From NCBI RefSeq assembly GCF_009914755.1, contig NC_060940.1: a stretch of DNA of 64,000 nt; one strand, written 5' to 3'. Below are positions 1 to 15,639 of the stretch, one piece after another. Position 1 is the first letter of the stretch; each line of letters begins with the position of its first letter. The notes beneath the pieces were generated by a model, which had not been told where the DNA came from, made no database searches, and saw only the letters and a list, made by a program, of their open reading frames with translations. A program made the position numbers and the translations under genes. This DNA is from the human T2T-CHM13v2.0 reference genome, Homo sapiens.

Positions 1-1257
1 AGTAGCTGGGATTAAAGGCACGCACCACCACGCCTGGCTAATTTTTTTGTATTTTTATTAGAGACAGGATTTCACCATGTTGGTCAGGCTGATCTCAAAC
101 TCCTGACCTCATGATCCACCTGCCTTGGCCTCCCAAAGTACTGGGATTACAGGCATGAGCCACTGCACCCAGCCTTCTAGTTTGGTATTTTTCTTATTCA
201 AGTAACAAGGAAAAAAAAAATAACTCCACCAAGAGTAAAACAGAAAAAAGGAACAAAACTGATAGCATGACTGAAAAGGCCTGGGGTGGTACCTCACTTC
301 AGGCATAGCTGGATACAGGCACTTATACAAGATAAGTCTCTCTAATCTCTCAGTGCTTGCTTCCCTTTGATTACTTCATTCTCATGCAATTCTTTCCACA
401 TAGTGGCCTGAGCAGCTCCTAACTCACATCTGCACAAGAAAGCAGAGGCTGTTCCCCAATAGTTCCAGCCAAAGTCCCAGGACTGACTTTCACTGGACCC
501 GTTTGGGCCACATGCCCCTGCCTGAGCCAACCACCACATCCAGCCTGGCCAGACCTGGCTTTCAGGAAGCTCCTTCAGGAAGCGGTTGGGGTCATCCCCT
601 CCAGAAGGACATGGGGAAAACCAGAAAGTGGGAGGAGGGATGCTTCCTTCTGGAAAATAGGGATGCAATTACCACAAGAGGTATCAGGTACAGGGCTGGC
701 ACAAACAAGAGCTATCCATGGCACCATCATGTAGGCATGCAGCAGGTCCACCATGAAGCAACCTGGCTGCTCCACAAAACGGAGTCACAGTTAATTCAGC
801 CAATGAGAAATATCCCTCTACTTGGGTTCCCACCATTCACCCCAGGCCTGGCACGTCCCAAATTTCCTTGGTCAAAGGCAAGCAAATTACCCGCCTTTTA
901 TGCTGCACAAAAAGCTGAAAAGATTGTCTTACTTCTCTGGCTCAAGAACTTTCTATGACTCCCTCTGGCTACTTATGTGGCTCCCCCACCCTTAATGATA
1001 GAAGCCAACATTCATGAATCCCTTACCACATGCCAGGTACCTAATGGACCTGCCTCCTCCAAACAGCATAGAAGAGGTTGGTACTCTTACTGCACCTATT
1101 TTATAAATATGGAAACAAAGGCTCAGCAATTTGAGGTAATTTACCCAGAGCCAAAGTTAGGAAGTGCAGAGTTCAGATTAGCACAATATTGTTCCCGCCA
1201 TTACCATCCCAGCTCCATTTGTTCATGTTTCAAAGTCTTACACCCACCTCTAGCTAG

Positions 1258-1684
<427 letters not shown>

Positions 1685-1789
1685 TAATGGGATAGGGAAA
1701 AGAATTCCTCCAAGATAAAATTAAAGTGAGGTTAGGAAAGGAAGTAGGTGTTTGTTAGCCTTAAATCAGCAGCTGATTTCTCCCATTGG

Positions 1790-2970
1790 TGAGTCAATTA
1801 GTTTTCTATGGCTGCTGTAACAAATTACCACGATCTGATTGGCTTACAACAACACAGACTTAATATCTTATTGTTCTATAGGTCAGAAGCCTCAAATCAG
1901 TTTCACTTGGCTAAAGTCAAGTTGTAAAGTACTGATTTCTTCAGGAGGCTCTGAAGGGAAAACCCATTTTCTTGCCTTTTTCTGCTTTTAGTGGTTACCT
2001 ATATTCCCTGGATTGTGGCCCTTTCCTCCATTTTTAATGCACACCACTCCAATCTCTGCACAGTGCTATGGTTTGAATGTGTTCCCCAAAGTTCATGTGT
2101 TGGAAATTTAATCCCCAATGCAACAGTGTTGAGAGGTGGGACTTTTAAGAGGAGATTAGGTCATGAAAGATCTGCCCTCATTAATAGAGTAATGATGTTA
2201 TCTCAGCAGAGGGTTAATTATCATGGGGTTGGGTTCCTAATAAAAGGATTGAGTTCAGCCCCCTTTCTCTCTTGATGTGATACCTTCCATCATGGGATGA
2301 CACAGCAAGAAGACCCTCACCAGATGCAGGCCCTTTGATCTTGACCTTCCCAGCCTCCAGAACTGTAAGAAATAAACTTGTTCTTTATAAATTACCCAGT
2401 CTCAGTTATTGCATAGCAATACAAAAAAGACTAAGACACTCAGTCACCATCGCATTGGAATCTCCCCTGACTGCTGAGTCCCTCTTAAAAGAGCACTGTA
2501 GGCTGGATGTGGTGGCTCATGTCTGTAATCCCAGCACTTTGGGAGGTCAAGCTGGGCAGATCACGAGGTCAGGAGTTTGAGACTAGCCTGGCCAACATGG
2601 TGAAACCCCATCTCTACTGGAAAAACAAAAATTAGCTGGACATGTTGGCGAGCACCTGTAATCCAGCTACTCGGGAGGCTGAGGCAAGAGAATCGCTTGA
2701 ATCTTCGGAGGTGGAGTTGCAGTGAGGCAAGATTGTGCCACTGAACTCCCGCCTGGGCACCAAGAGCAAGAAACTCCGTCTCAAAAAAAAAAAAAAAAAA
2801 AAAAAGCACTGTGATGGGATACTGGGCCCACAGGCAACATAGGATAAGTTCCCATCTCAAGATGCTTAATCACATCTGCAAAGTCCCTTTTGTCATGGAA
2901 AGGAACATAGTCACAGATTCTGGGGATTAAGTTGACGACACTTTGGAGGGGCCATTATTCAGCCTATCAT
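1790..2970 (-). mobile_element. MLT1 LTR with nested MST LTR (2064-2439) and Alu (2501-2805); repeated at ~39975-41155
   Basis: GGCTGCTGTAACAAATTACCAC...GGCCATTATTCAGCCT. MST ends TGCTATGGTTTGAATG...GACTAAGACA. Alu flanked by AGCACTGT duplication. Confidence 0.75.
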
Positions 2971-3025
2971 GGAAGATATCATGAGAGGGAGTTAATACAA
3001 AATGCTCTGGAAACAGAGAAGGGCG

Positions 3026-3333
<308 letters not shown>

Positions 3334-3334
3334 C

Positions 3335-3402
3335 GGGTTCCGTTGGCCAAAAGGGGGTCTGCTAAGTCGGGTGGGGGGCTTAGGATTTTATTTTTAGTTC
3401 TC
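3335..3402 (-). mobile_element. MER4-group LTR 5' terminal fragment
   Basis: Minus strand TGAGAACTAAAAATAAAATCCTAAGCCCCCC..., truncated at the Alu tail. Confidence 0.55.
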
Positions 3403-5269
3403 AAGGGAGATAAAATAATTTAATCCATTGGCCCCTGTGACTGTGGGACTAACATGGCTATGATCTGTCGGACAGACTTCAGGCTGGCACCCAGGCAAAA
3501 TTGTATGCTGTAGTAAATGCATCATGCACATTTGTAACAACACGTACATAACAATGTCACAAAATACTTTCATGGTGACACCTAGATTAGTGTTTTATTG
3601 AATAGCTGATGATATAAACTGGCTCATTTGGTGCCAAGACTGACCATCACCACCATACCAAGGTCATCACCGATCAGAGGCCTAACCCAAGGAGGGGGTC
3701 ATGTGCAGGCCCAGCGGTGGGGAGGAAAGATGCCGCAGAGGAGACGGATGCCCACAGAGGCCCCTGAGCGGATACCATGCTCACTAAGTGGTAAGTATAG
3801 ACTCAACATAGGCTGTAAGCTCTCCCCCTGTGCAAATGGGACCCCATCCACTTGAGAGTCAAGGGTCTGTTTGGGTGGCAGGGTTAGCCACTTCTGAAGG
3901 TAGAAAGGAAAATAAGCCACCAAATTGGTACCTTTCTGTGAAATGGACATCGTGCTCAGAATCTCCATTTTCCCCACAACCTGGAGGAATAAGTACTGTC
4001 ATCTGCATTTTATAGCTGAGGAATCTGACTGAACAAAATTGAATTACTCGCCTAAGCAATTAGCAATTAACCAAGTCTTTCTGACTCAGAAACCCAGCTG
4101 TTGCCTGTTCATATCCAGCCCCTGTATTGGTGTCAAGATCTGTCCTGTTCTCAATGCAGCAAGATCCAGGCAGATCACACTGGACTCCCAGCACTGAATC
4201 TGGCTCAAGGGGACATCAAATTTGACTGGGTCATGGGGCTCAGGAGCATCACTCTCAAAAATAGCAGTACAGGAAGAGGCGATGGCCCTAAACAGCATTT
4301 GCAGGCAGATCCCATGTTAATCGTAAGGGTCAGGACCCTCTCACTTTTCTGTCTCTCTCTCTGTCTCTCCTCTAGGGCTGACCCCACATTGGACACCACT
4401 GCTTCCATGTCCATCACACACCACAGCTGCCTTTTCTTCTGCCTGCTTATGGGAAAGTCCCCTCCTCTCCTCCGTTTTCTTCTCTTCCTGCCCTGTCACA
4501 CCGTGCACTTCTCCCTTTCCTTAAAGAACCACCATCAACTTTAGGAGGAGGGAAAGGGGTGGCTCTGGCAGGAAAAGCCAGAATCCCCTCTAGCCAACAG
4601 AGAGAGAGAGAGGAATGGCTGCATGTTTTCTCCCCCAATCCAAGGCACTGGGTCTTGGCTGAGTTGCAGGTTCCAAGCTGCTCTCCTGCTGTGTCGGTGA
4701 GTTCTGGTCAACCTGCAACCTCCTGACGTGGCCACTGCAGTTCATCGAGTCTTCAGGGACTCCCCATGGCCTAGAGTACTTTGCCTTGCTTACACGGGAG
4801 AGGAGAATGGATTTATAGAGAACATCATCTAAATCCAACTTGACCATTGTGTGGCCACACTTGCTAGATTGCTATAGTCTAAATCTAGCATTGTAGAAAG
4901 ACGGGGGAGCTTGGAGCTGCACAAACCCAGGTCTGGAAATGGCTCCTTACCTTAGAAGGTGAATGATCCTGGCAGGACTTAGCCTCCCTGGGCCTCAGTT
5001 TCTTTATCTGTTTCATGGGAATGAGGATCTCTGCTGGTTGGTTGGGTGATGCGGGGGCTGTGTGAAAACAGCTTGTCAATACAAGCCGAAATAGAAATAT
5101 TTCTCCACAGAGTATGAAGGTCAAATGAGAGAATACATTTAAATTAAATGGAAAATTAAAATGGCAAAAAAGGCAAAGCTGTATTCAAAGTTCCGAGCTT
5201 CTCTATAAGGAGCTTTTTGACTATGTAAGAATCCTGTACTCGTTCCCCCTAAATACAAAAAAAAAAAAA

Positions 5270-5570
5270 AAAAGTTGAAGGAGGCAGAAGGGAGAGTGAT
5301 GCACGATGGGCGAGGACTTCACCTGCTGTTGCTGGCTTTGAGGATAGAGAAAGAAGGCCACAAACCTAGAAGCTGGAGCCCCCAGAAGCTAGAAAAGGCA
5401 GGGAGCCGATTCATCCCTTAAGCCTCCAGAAGGGACATAGCCCCGCTAGCACCTTGATTTTAGCCCAGTGAGATCCTCTTAGGAATTTTGGCAACCAGAA
5501 CTATAAGACAGAAATGGAAGCCACTGAGTCTGTAGCTGTTTGTTGCAGCAGCAATAGAAAACTAATGCAG
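5270..5570 (+). mobile_element. MLT1 LTR fragment
   Basis: GCTGGCTTTGAGGAT...AGCCTCCAGAAGG...GCAGCAATAGAAAACTAAT. Confidence 0.7.
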
Positions 5571-5587
5571 AGCCCAAGAAATCACTG

Positions 5588-5707
5588 GTGATGAGATGGG
5601 GAAAGTGGGCTCAGGAGGTCTGGATCTGTGATGAGATGGGGAAAGTGGGCTCAGGAGGTCTGGATCTGTGATGAGATGGGGGAAGTGGGCTCAGGAGGTC
5701 TGGATCT
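5588..5707 (+). repeat. 40-bp minisatellite x3
   Basis: GTGATGAGATGGGGAAAGTGGGCTCAGGAGGTCTGGATCT at 5588, 5628 and 5668 (one mismatch). Confidence 0.92.
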
Positions 5708-8311
5708 GAGGTGCGGATCTGGAGTGGAAGGGGAATTCATTTGTTCATTGTCTATCCTTTTGCATTGATTGGGTTTTTTTCTATATATATGTGTGAATTT
5801 TCACAATAACAGTTTTTTCCAAAATAAAATAAAAGAACAAAAGGGGCTTTTTGCAACCCAAATCCTATCTATGTCTGAGTCCACTTGTATTGAATGAGTC
5901 TTTCTGCTAACGTCCTTATATTTGGGTGACAATCTGAATGGCAGTGACCAATCAGAGCAGAGGCAAACCTTGGAGTGGGCAGGGCATCCTGAGGGCCCTG
6001 ATTCCTGCCATGAGTCATAACCCTTTAGGTGCCAGACCATGGGGAGGTCCAGGGGTTGCAGGGGAGGGCTGTGCATCTGCAATGACTCTCAGGGGGCTCC
6101 TGGTGGTGGCAATTGGTGAATCTGCACAGTGGTGTTTCAATATTGTCACAACCCTGCTGTCTCTCATGCTCTCAAAAAGCATTTCTCTTACCTGTGACAG
6201 ACTTCCTATACCTAACAGCTTGCAAAAGTGTTCCAGGTTAATGAGAATAATCTCTCGGAGCCATACCTTCCTGCTTGGCGTCTCAGTTTCCCCAACTGTC
6301 TCCAGACAAGTTAGGCTAGAAGGCCCCTGAGCCTCAGCCCCTCTATACCCCTCCTGTCACCGAGACCTGATCTGGGTCTTGCACCCTGGGTGCAGCATGA
6401 CAGGGGTGGGCAGGGGCTGGCTCTGGGCCAGAGGACCCTTTCTGATGGACTTCAGCTGTTGGCCTTGCAGGGGAGACAGATCAACCTCCCAAGAGTCATA
6501 CGGTGAGTAGCGGTGGGCAAATCCATCCCCCTCGTCTTAGATTTATGGGGAGACAGACAAAGAGGAGACACTCCAGGAAGACCTGCAGGTGGGAGTACCA
6601 GGTTGAAACCAAGGACACCTTCCTGGAGGAGCTGCTGCTTGAGCCAGCTCTGAGAACAGGTGGGGACAGGACTGGAGAGGAGGAGGGGGTCCCCTATGAG
6701 CAAAGACTGGCCACCACCCCACCTAACACCCCCACAGGGCCCCTGTGGCATCCCTGTCCAGTCCCTGTCACCACCCAGTTTTTCCCTCTGGACCCAGGAA
6801 TTCAAAGTAAGCAAGGAGGTCTGCTGCTCCAGTTGGCTGCAAATAATTACAACCTTAAGCCCAAGCAGCACTTTGGGTCCTGGTTTGGGACCATGAAGCG
6901 GCTCGGTGAGACTGAGAGGTAAGGCCAGGGCAGGAATTGGGACAGTAGGATTGAACTCTCCCTGGGGGCCAGCCTCAGAAAGCCTGTGGCCATAGCCTCT
7001 TGGCCAACATCAGATCCTGTGGCCTGGCAATGCCTGGGGTACCCAGACCTCACTCTGGACAGGCCCTGGGAGGGGGCCCTGGTGAGATTCCTGGCAGCCT
7101 CACAGCCACTCTTCTGTCCGTAGCTACAACCTGTCATGCCAGCTGGAGGCTCCATCCCAGTTGGCTGGGAGCACAAAGGCCAGGAAGATAGACATCACCC
7201 ACCACAGGGGCCAGTCGGGGCCTGAGCCAGGGCGGGCAGAGGTTGGCTGCCTTGGGATATGGGTGGGCTCAGGGAGTCAGACAGCAAGGGACTAGCCTCC
7301 CATCCTACTCCTGACCAGACCTGTGACTGGGGAGAGTCACCTTACTTCTCTGGGCCTCAGTTTCCCCCTCTGTGGAGTGACGCTAAATGATCTCTCTGGA
7401 GACGGGGATCAATAGGGCACTGGTGATTGACCAGGCACTCAGCACATGCCTGGAACACACAGTGCAGGACTGTGGTGGGGAGGTGGCCTGAGATCCTGGG
7501 GAGTCACCCATATGTGCCTGCCCTTCCGACCAGCCACCAGGCCCTCAGGGCAGAGCCCACTACCAGCAGCAGCTCACACCCCGAGACCAGCTCAGAGGCG
7601 GCCCCTACCTCAGCAGCAGGGACATCACGGACACTTTAAGCTGGTACTAGGGTGGCTTCTCCAGCTCCCACGTGGAGAGGGGTCCCAGCTGAGTCCCACT
7701 CACGTGGAGTCTCATGCCCATGAAAGTGCCATTCACCACTGGCCAGGCTCATGAGGCCGCATGAGAGGGGGGTCACTGGGGAGGAGATATTGGGGGAACA
7801 GAGAGGATGGTTGAATTTTTGTATAATAGGCAGTGCAAGTATTTACCGTTTGGGAGGGGAAAGGTTTGTTATTATTAGCAATGCTACACTTGAATATTAT
7901 ACTAAAATCCAGTCTCTCTATAACCTGGGAGTTGCTCTTTTGTTCTTTCTTTTCCTGTCTTAATTAAAATGAGATGCAGACTCTCACGGTCCACAGTCAA
8001 TTAAGAAATCTTGCACGGCCATCAGGTTATGTCTTGGAGAGCAGAGTTTCAGTACCATCAGCCTGGCAAGGAGCTGGGCCTGCTCCTCAGAGCTCCCGGG
8101 ACTGCGAGATTTGGCATGTTCACAGGGCACCATCACAGCCTCTGAAACATGCTGTCTTTAAAGACTTTTGCTGTGGCTCACTCACTCACAGTGGGACACG
8201 GTGGCTCACTCCTGTAATCCCAGCACTTTGGGAGGCAGAAGCGGGTGGCTCACTTGAGGTCAGGAGTTAAGAGACCAACATGGCCAACATGGCAAAACCC
8301 CATCTCTACTA

Positions 8312-8467
<156 letters not shown>

Positions 8468-10480
8468 TCATCTCAAAATAAAAAAACAAAACAAAACACA
8501 AAGACATTTGCAAGGACCATGTCCTCACCCAGAATGGTGCCTGCCTTTCTACAGTTTTTCAGGAAGAGGAAACATTTTCTGCTTCTCTCGCTGAGGTTTT
8601 TTTTAACCACCCATTAGGAACCTATAGATTTCAGGATCGAACACTGGGATTCCCTCAGCACTAAAGGAGGAAAATTGCAAACAGAGCTGGAAGTGCAATG
8701 TGGAAAGGTCAGGCTGAGGAAGGTTCTTAGCCAGTAGACCAAGGGCAGGAAGGACACTGCCTCCTCAGTCTCCCACTAGGGAACTTGTGATTCTTGTCCC
8801 CTGATGTCAGAATTCCTTGTCATGTTTGTTTTGTCTCCAAGGGAAGGGTTTGAATTTCAGAATTTAAGGCTAGAGTGGGCCTCGTGCAGTTAACATTAAC
8901 CCTCTCTCTCCTTCGCTGGCCGAGGTGAGGTCCAGGACCATGTAGTTCTGACGTCCACTCTCTCGGGGGATCACCAGTTCACCCATCTCACCCGGCAAGC
9001 TGGGCCCTAGTTTGGCGACAGGCATCTTCCACCCACCTGGGAGGCAGGGTTCAACACTCTGCCTCTGACCTTGTTTCCTTCTTCTGCCACCTGCTTAGGC
9101 AACCAGAAGGGGTTGTCCAGCCAGCACCTGGGCTTTAGCGCTCCTCAACCAGGTGGAGGAAGTTTCAGGCACCTGGCTCCTCAGGTGTCTGCCATCCAGG
9201 TGCTCTTCAGGCTTGCCCAGCAGAGCTCTCTTGATCCAGCTAGAACTGGCCAGAACTGACTCACTCAGGAATGTGTAGACTTTGGCATCAGGGGCTGCTT
9301 TAATTTGCACAATTTCCAAATACCTCTTTTTTCTTCTTTTTCTGATGAGTCATCTCCCTAGACTTGCATTTTAAAGAGATAGATAGTTATCAGGTTCCAG
9401 AGAAGACGTGGTAGAACATTTATATCTCAAAGACACAGAGCTGAGACTTCAGGTTTAGATATGATAATTTGCCTAAACCAAAAAGGAAGGTGTAGGTAAA
9501 GTTCTAGTCAAGACAGGATGGCCAGGAAAAACACCTTAAACCAAGAGATGGCTTGCTTTGCTGATTTAAGCCAATGGCTTCTTTATCATAAGACTTCCCA
9601 GTGATTTAGTCCTCCCTCTCTTCCAGTGCACAGAGACATACCCCTCCTTACAAATTAAAAATGTTCTTTATAGATGGAAATTTATTTTACAAAAATGTTT
9701 CAAAATAACCAGATGAAAATCATCCTTATGCCAGAAAGACTTTATTTTTTTATTACTAGAAATGAAACAGTAAGTATTTGTTGTATTGACATACTTGGGC
9801 TTAGACCTATGTTTAACAAGAAAGCCTAATAATAACACTGTGGTTAGACTCTAGCCTATTTTTCCAAACCATCATTTTATTATTAAGGAAACAAAGGATC
9901 AAATACCTTTCATTCATCTGATAGGATCCTTTAAAACACATTCCACCAATAAGTCCTATTTGGAACAGCTGAAAATCTTTTAATAAAACTTTTTAAAGAT
10001 GAGCTCATGGCTTAGTGTAAATTTCACAAGCTTAATTAGGTCAAGTGGAAGGAACTCAGATGAGCAGTTGCCCAATCAGAGCCCATTATTTGTAAGTCAT
10101 CAGCCCCCTCCATGACCTTAAAACTCCACTCTGACCTAATTATTGCAAACCTATACACAACAAAGTGAAAGGATTAATTTTCATTCATCAACCTCTCAAT
10201 CCCAGATTTTCAAAGAAAAACCTGTGTAAGGAATACTTACCAAAACCAGACAGAAAAATTAGAGCCTGCATACTTAAGAGTCAAATTTGTTCCACTACAG
10301 CCAGGTCGCATACAGTTACATCATTTGGTTCTCCATACACTCTAGAACTGACCAGGACAGAGTTTAGCGTAGAAAAACTGTAAGAAATAGGTTCTGAAAC
10401 ATAGAAATTGCAAAGTTCAAAAGGCTCTGAAAAAAACTAATGTAAATGAGACTTCCCTCCCTTTGTTTTAAATAAATAGA

Positions 10481-11235
10481 CCCATCAGAGAAATGCAAAT
10501 CAAAACCACAATGAGATACCATCTCACACCAGTTAGAATGGCGATCATTAAAAAGTCAGGAAACAACAGGTGCTGCCGAGGATGTGGAGAAATAGGAACA
10601 CTTTCACACTGTTGGTGGGACTGTAAACTAGTTCAACCATTGTGGAAGACAGTGTGGCCATTCCTCAGGGATCTAGAACTAGAAATACCATTTGACCCAG
10701 CCATCCCACTGCTGGGTATATACCCAAAGGATTATAAATCATGCTGCTATAAAGACACATGCACACGTATGTTTATTGTGGCACTACTCACAATAGCAAA
10801 GACTTGGAACAAACCCAAATGTCCAAAAACGATAGACTGGATTAAGAAAATGTGGCACATATACACCATGGAATACTATGCAGCCATAAAAAATGATGAG
10901 TTCATATCCTTTGCAGGGACATGGATGAAGCTGGAAACCATCATTCTTAGCAAACTATCACAAGGACAAAAAACCAAACACCGCATGTTCTCACTCATAG
11001 ATGGGAATTGAACAATGAGAACACTTGGACACAGGAAGGGGAACATCACACACCAGGGCCTGTTGTGGGGTGGGGGGAGGGGGGAGGGATAGCATTAGGA
11101 GATATGCCTAATATAAATGATGAGTTAATGGGTGCAGCACACCAACATGGCACATGTATTCATATGCAACAAACCTGCACATTGTGCATGTGTACCCTAG
11201 AATTTAAAGTATAATAAAAAAATAAAAAAAGAAAG
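10481..11235 (+). mobile_element. 5'-truncated L1PA (about L1PA3-5) 3' end
   Basis: ORF 10493..11011 is the ORF2p C-terminus ([13 protein letters not shown]...). G-rich 3' UTR and polyA; probable TSD AAATAAATAGA / AAAGAAATAGA. Confidence 0.93.
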
Positions 11236-14107
11236 AAATAGATGTTCTGTAAAAATATACACAATTTTTACAGACAAATACATTTATAAGTTGTTTTTAT
11301 CTTAAAAATTGGGGATATTTCATATTTATAACTAATTATTGAGCCTTAAGTTTTCTTGGCCATTTCTAGGCTAATAAACTAAGAATCATGTAAACTAAGC
11401 CAAAGTAGAATAGTCATAAAAGTCCTGAACACTTCAACTTCCTATTCTTCAAGAAGTATACTTGGCAAATCTCATTTGAGAGAGGAAAAGCTTTCCTCCA
11501 CCCTCTGTTTTACAGCGCTGAGGCTTCTCATCACATTTCTATGACTTGTAGCTTAATCCATGTTACATGGTCACTGGCATTATTAGTGCTTCTCTTTTAA
11601 CACTGTAGGAATTAATCAATTTGGTGGTGTATTTAATTAATTCTATCACTAGAGGATTGTAAAATTACATATATGAATACCTCACTTTAGAGGCCACTTA
11701 ATTTTTTTCCAAGGGGATATTTGACTATATTTCACTTGTGTCTTAATGATTTTATAATTTAAACCCTAAATTATAAATCTAGAATTTAGAAAGTATATTT
11801 CCTCACTGGATTACATTTTTGGAAATATTATTTTATATGTGCACAAATATTACAAAATCACTGTAGACACCTGAAAACTATATTATCTTTTAAAGGCAAT
11901 ATTCTACATTAAACTGCCATAACAAAATTGTTTGGTGCATTTTTTCTAGTACATTTTGTATATATTACATGTTTAACCTTTTTTTATCCAGCAAATAATT
12001 TTTGAGTATCCACTAAGTGCTAGGTTCTGCATGACTAACTGAATTTAAAGAGTGAAATAACAGACATGGTCTCAGACAATACAAATTAACATTAGGTCAC
12101 CTATTTATATATTTTTAAATGGTAATTATGAAAACTTTTTGAGATTTTTAACTAGATAACATTATAATAACACACTTGATGTTGTTAATATTTGCCAGTG
12201 AGCAAAAAAGAAAATAAAAAGATGGTTTTATTCAATATACACTTTAAAATTGCAGGAAATAGTTGAGTTTCTCTGCTTTGCAGTTGAATGTCTATGTGTT
12301 TTTCTCTGCAACTTGGCTTTTGTGGAGTGAGAGAAACAATTATTCTTCCAGCCCAATGAAGGCAGAAGAGTAACAATAAATCTAATATTTTAAATGCTTA
12401 TCAAAATATAGTAAACATATTATTTCAGAATACTGAGATCAATAAGTTGACCTAGAAAAAAAGCCAAACTGACAGTATTACTGAATAAGGAAAGGCCCAA
12501 AGAGACAAAATACTTATTATTTTGTAACCTCGGTATGACACAACTTACCCTAACTATAAAGACCCTAAATTACCAAGATGGGTGCTTATAATATGGAGAG
12601 TAAAAAAAGTCATTTCACTTTTAGCTTTTTTATTTCTCTCAGAATAAAAAGTGTATAAGGAGTTGATAAAGAAGTTGATACTATAAGTTAGTACTACAAT
12701 GACAGCACTTTTCAAGAAAAGACTTTTTTCTCTCTTACAAATATCATGTTAGCAGTATTTGTTTTCTCCAGAAATAATGAGGAAATAAAAACATAAGTAT
12801 GTGGGTAATTAGTGTAGTTTCTTAAAGAAATTAGTTAGGCAACAGGCTAATAATGTATACTTCGCTGGCTTTTGAATGCCAACAATCATATTTTTTATAA
12901 GGCACAGGGAAGATTTTTCTAAAGAACAAGTATGTGAACCTGAAAAGTAATCACCACTTGGTAGTGACAATATGGATAGGGTGAAGGGCGTCACCAAGAA
13001 GCAATGAAAAGATACATTTGCAGTTAAATTTGAAAACCATGATGTTTAATACATATAGTAATAAAGAATACTTTCTCCTGTTTCAAAATTATTTTAGAAT
13101 TTAAGATAGAAGCTAAAATACCTAGGGATAATGATATGACTATTGAAAATTAAAAATTAAAGGACATTTTGAGTATTAGAAGTTAAGAATGAGAACTTAT
13201 TACCCAATGAACAGGGGATAATTCATTATGCTCCATATCCATTGAATTAAAAGACAGGCCCATTACCTGGATAATTTGAAAGTTTAATTTTATTTAAAAG
13301 TCTTGTTTCATTCATCAAGCTAAAGGATTAGCTCCCAGAAATATTCTAGGATTGCATATCCCCAACTCTGTAGGAAGTATAGAAAGAATGTTATAAGGGC
13401 CACCACCTAAACATTATTATGTAAATAATTTAGTACCATTCCATTTGCCTTTGTAGATTTAAAAATGTAAATGGCTTTCTCATATTAGGAAACATCATTT
13501 TTCAAAACCCAGATAAACGTAGTATATTGCAAGAGAATAATTATTTTCTTTATTAAAAAAGAAATACTGGATGCTAAGTCCAAAAGACATAAATTATTTT
13601 ATACTAATAACTACCAACATTTTATTCATTAAAATATAAAGGTCAAAGATTTTAAAATGATCTTTAAATGATTAATAACATGTTGATCTTTTTCTTCTTT
13701 CTGTAAACCTTTTTGAGTCTTAAAAATACTAAACTATACAAGCAATATTAAATAGTATATAAACTTGGATTAAAATATTCAAATTTACTAGAATGTGGAC
13801 ATTGGAAAGAATGAAAATAAACAGAAGCATAAAGCAGCAGATATAAAATTACGAAAGCAACTAAGAGTGTTTAAAGTACATATTCATCTGTAGTCTAATG
13901 TCTACCATAAACAATGACTCTTCTCAGTAAAACACAAATCGTTCATGAAGGGAAAAAGCATGTTGTATTAGAGAATATTCAACATAACTTTTTTAGTACT
14001 AACTTGTGCCTGGAGTATTATTGGTTTTTCTATTATGAACTTATGCACTTGATATTTTTTTTCATAAAGATTGTATGTACAACTCCATTCAAAAGCAGTT
14101 TTTGGTG

Positions 14108-15087
<980 letters not shown>

Positions 15088-15639
15088 AGTGTAATATCAT
15101 ATCGGTATACACAGATAATATACTGAATGAAATAAATAGAATAATTTGAAGAGGTATCTTGATGAACAAGGAGTCATTAGAAAGGTTGTATTCATGTCTT
15201 TGAAGGAACTTTGCAATGTGAGAAATTAATACTTTGACTACTATACTAAAAGTTTATTGCTAACATGTATTGAGTTATTAACGTGTGTTAGGCAGAGTAC
15301 CATATAATTTGCAAGTGTTATCTCATTTATTGTAGGTAAAATGTAATTTCGAACTCTGGGAGTATAAACGAATTAGATAGAATAAAATTCTATTTAAATT
15401 GCTATCAGTAAATCGGTATCTAGGAACAGGGTGATACAGTGCCCAAGTTTTCTATTCTTACTAAATGTTGTGTTTCATTTTCAATGTTTTCTTGGATATT
15501 GCTCTTTTTTGGCGACTTTGATTTTTTTTATTTTAGAAAACTAATAAATTGACTCTTCTTGGTACTGACTCTTGGGTTTTATAGAAGAAAAAGTAATTAA
15601 ATTCTGTACATTTACCTTTACCTCATTTTTTCTCTTTTA

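Noticed and set aside
10493-11011. 172-aa ORF as a host gene or active L1
   Set aside because: C-terminal end of L1 ORF2p in a ~750-bp truncated insertion.
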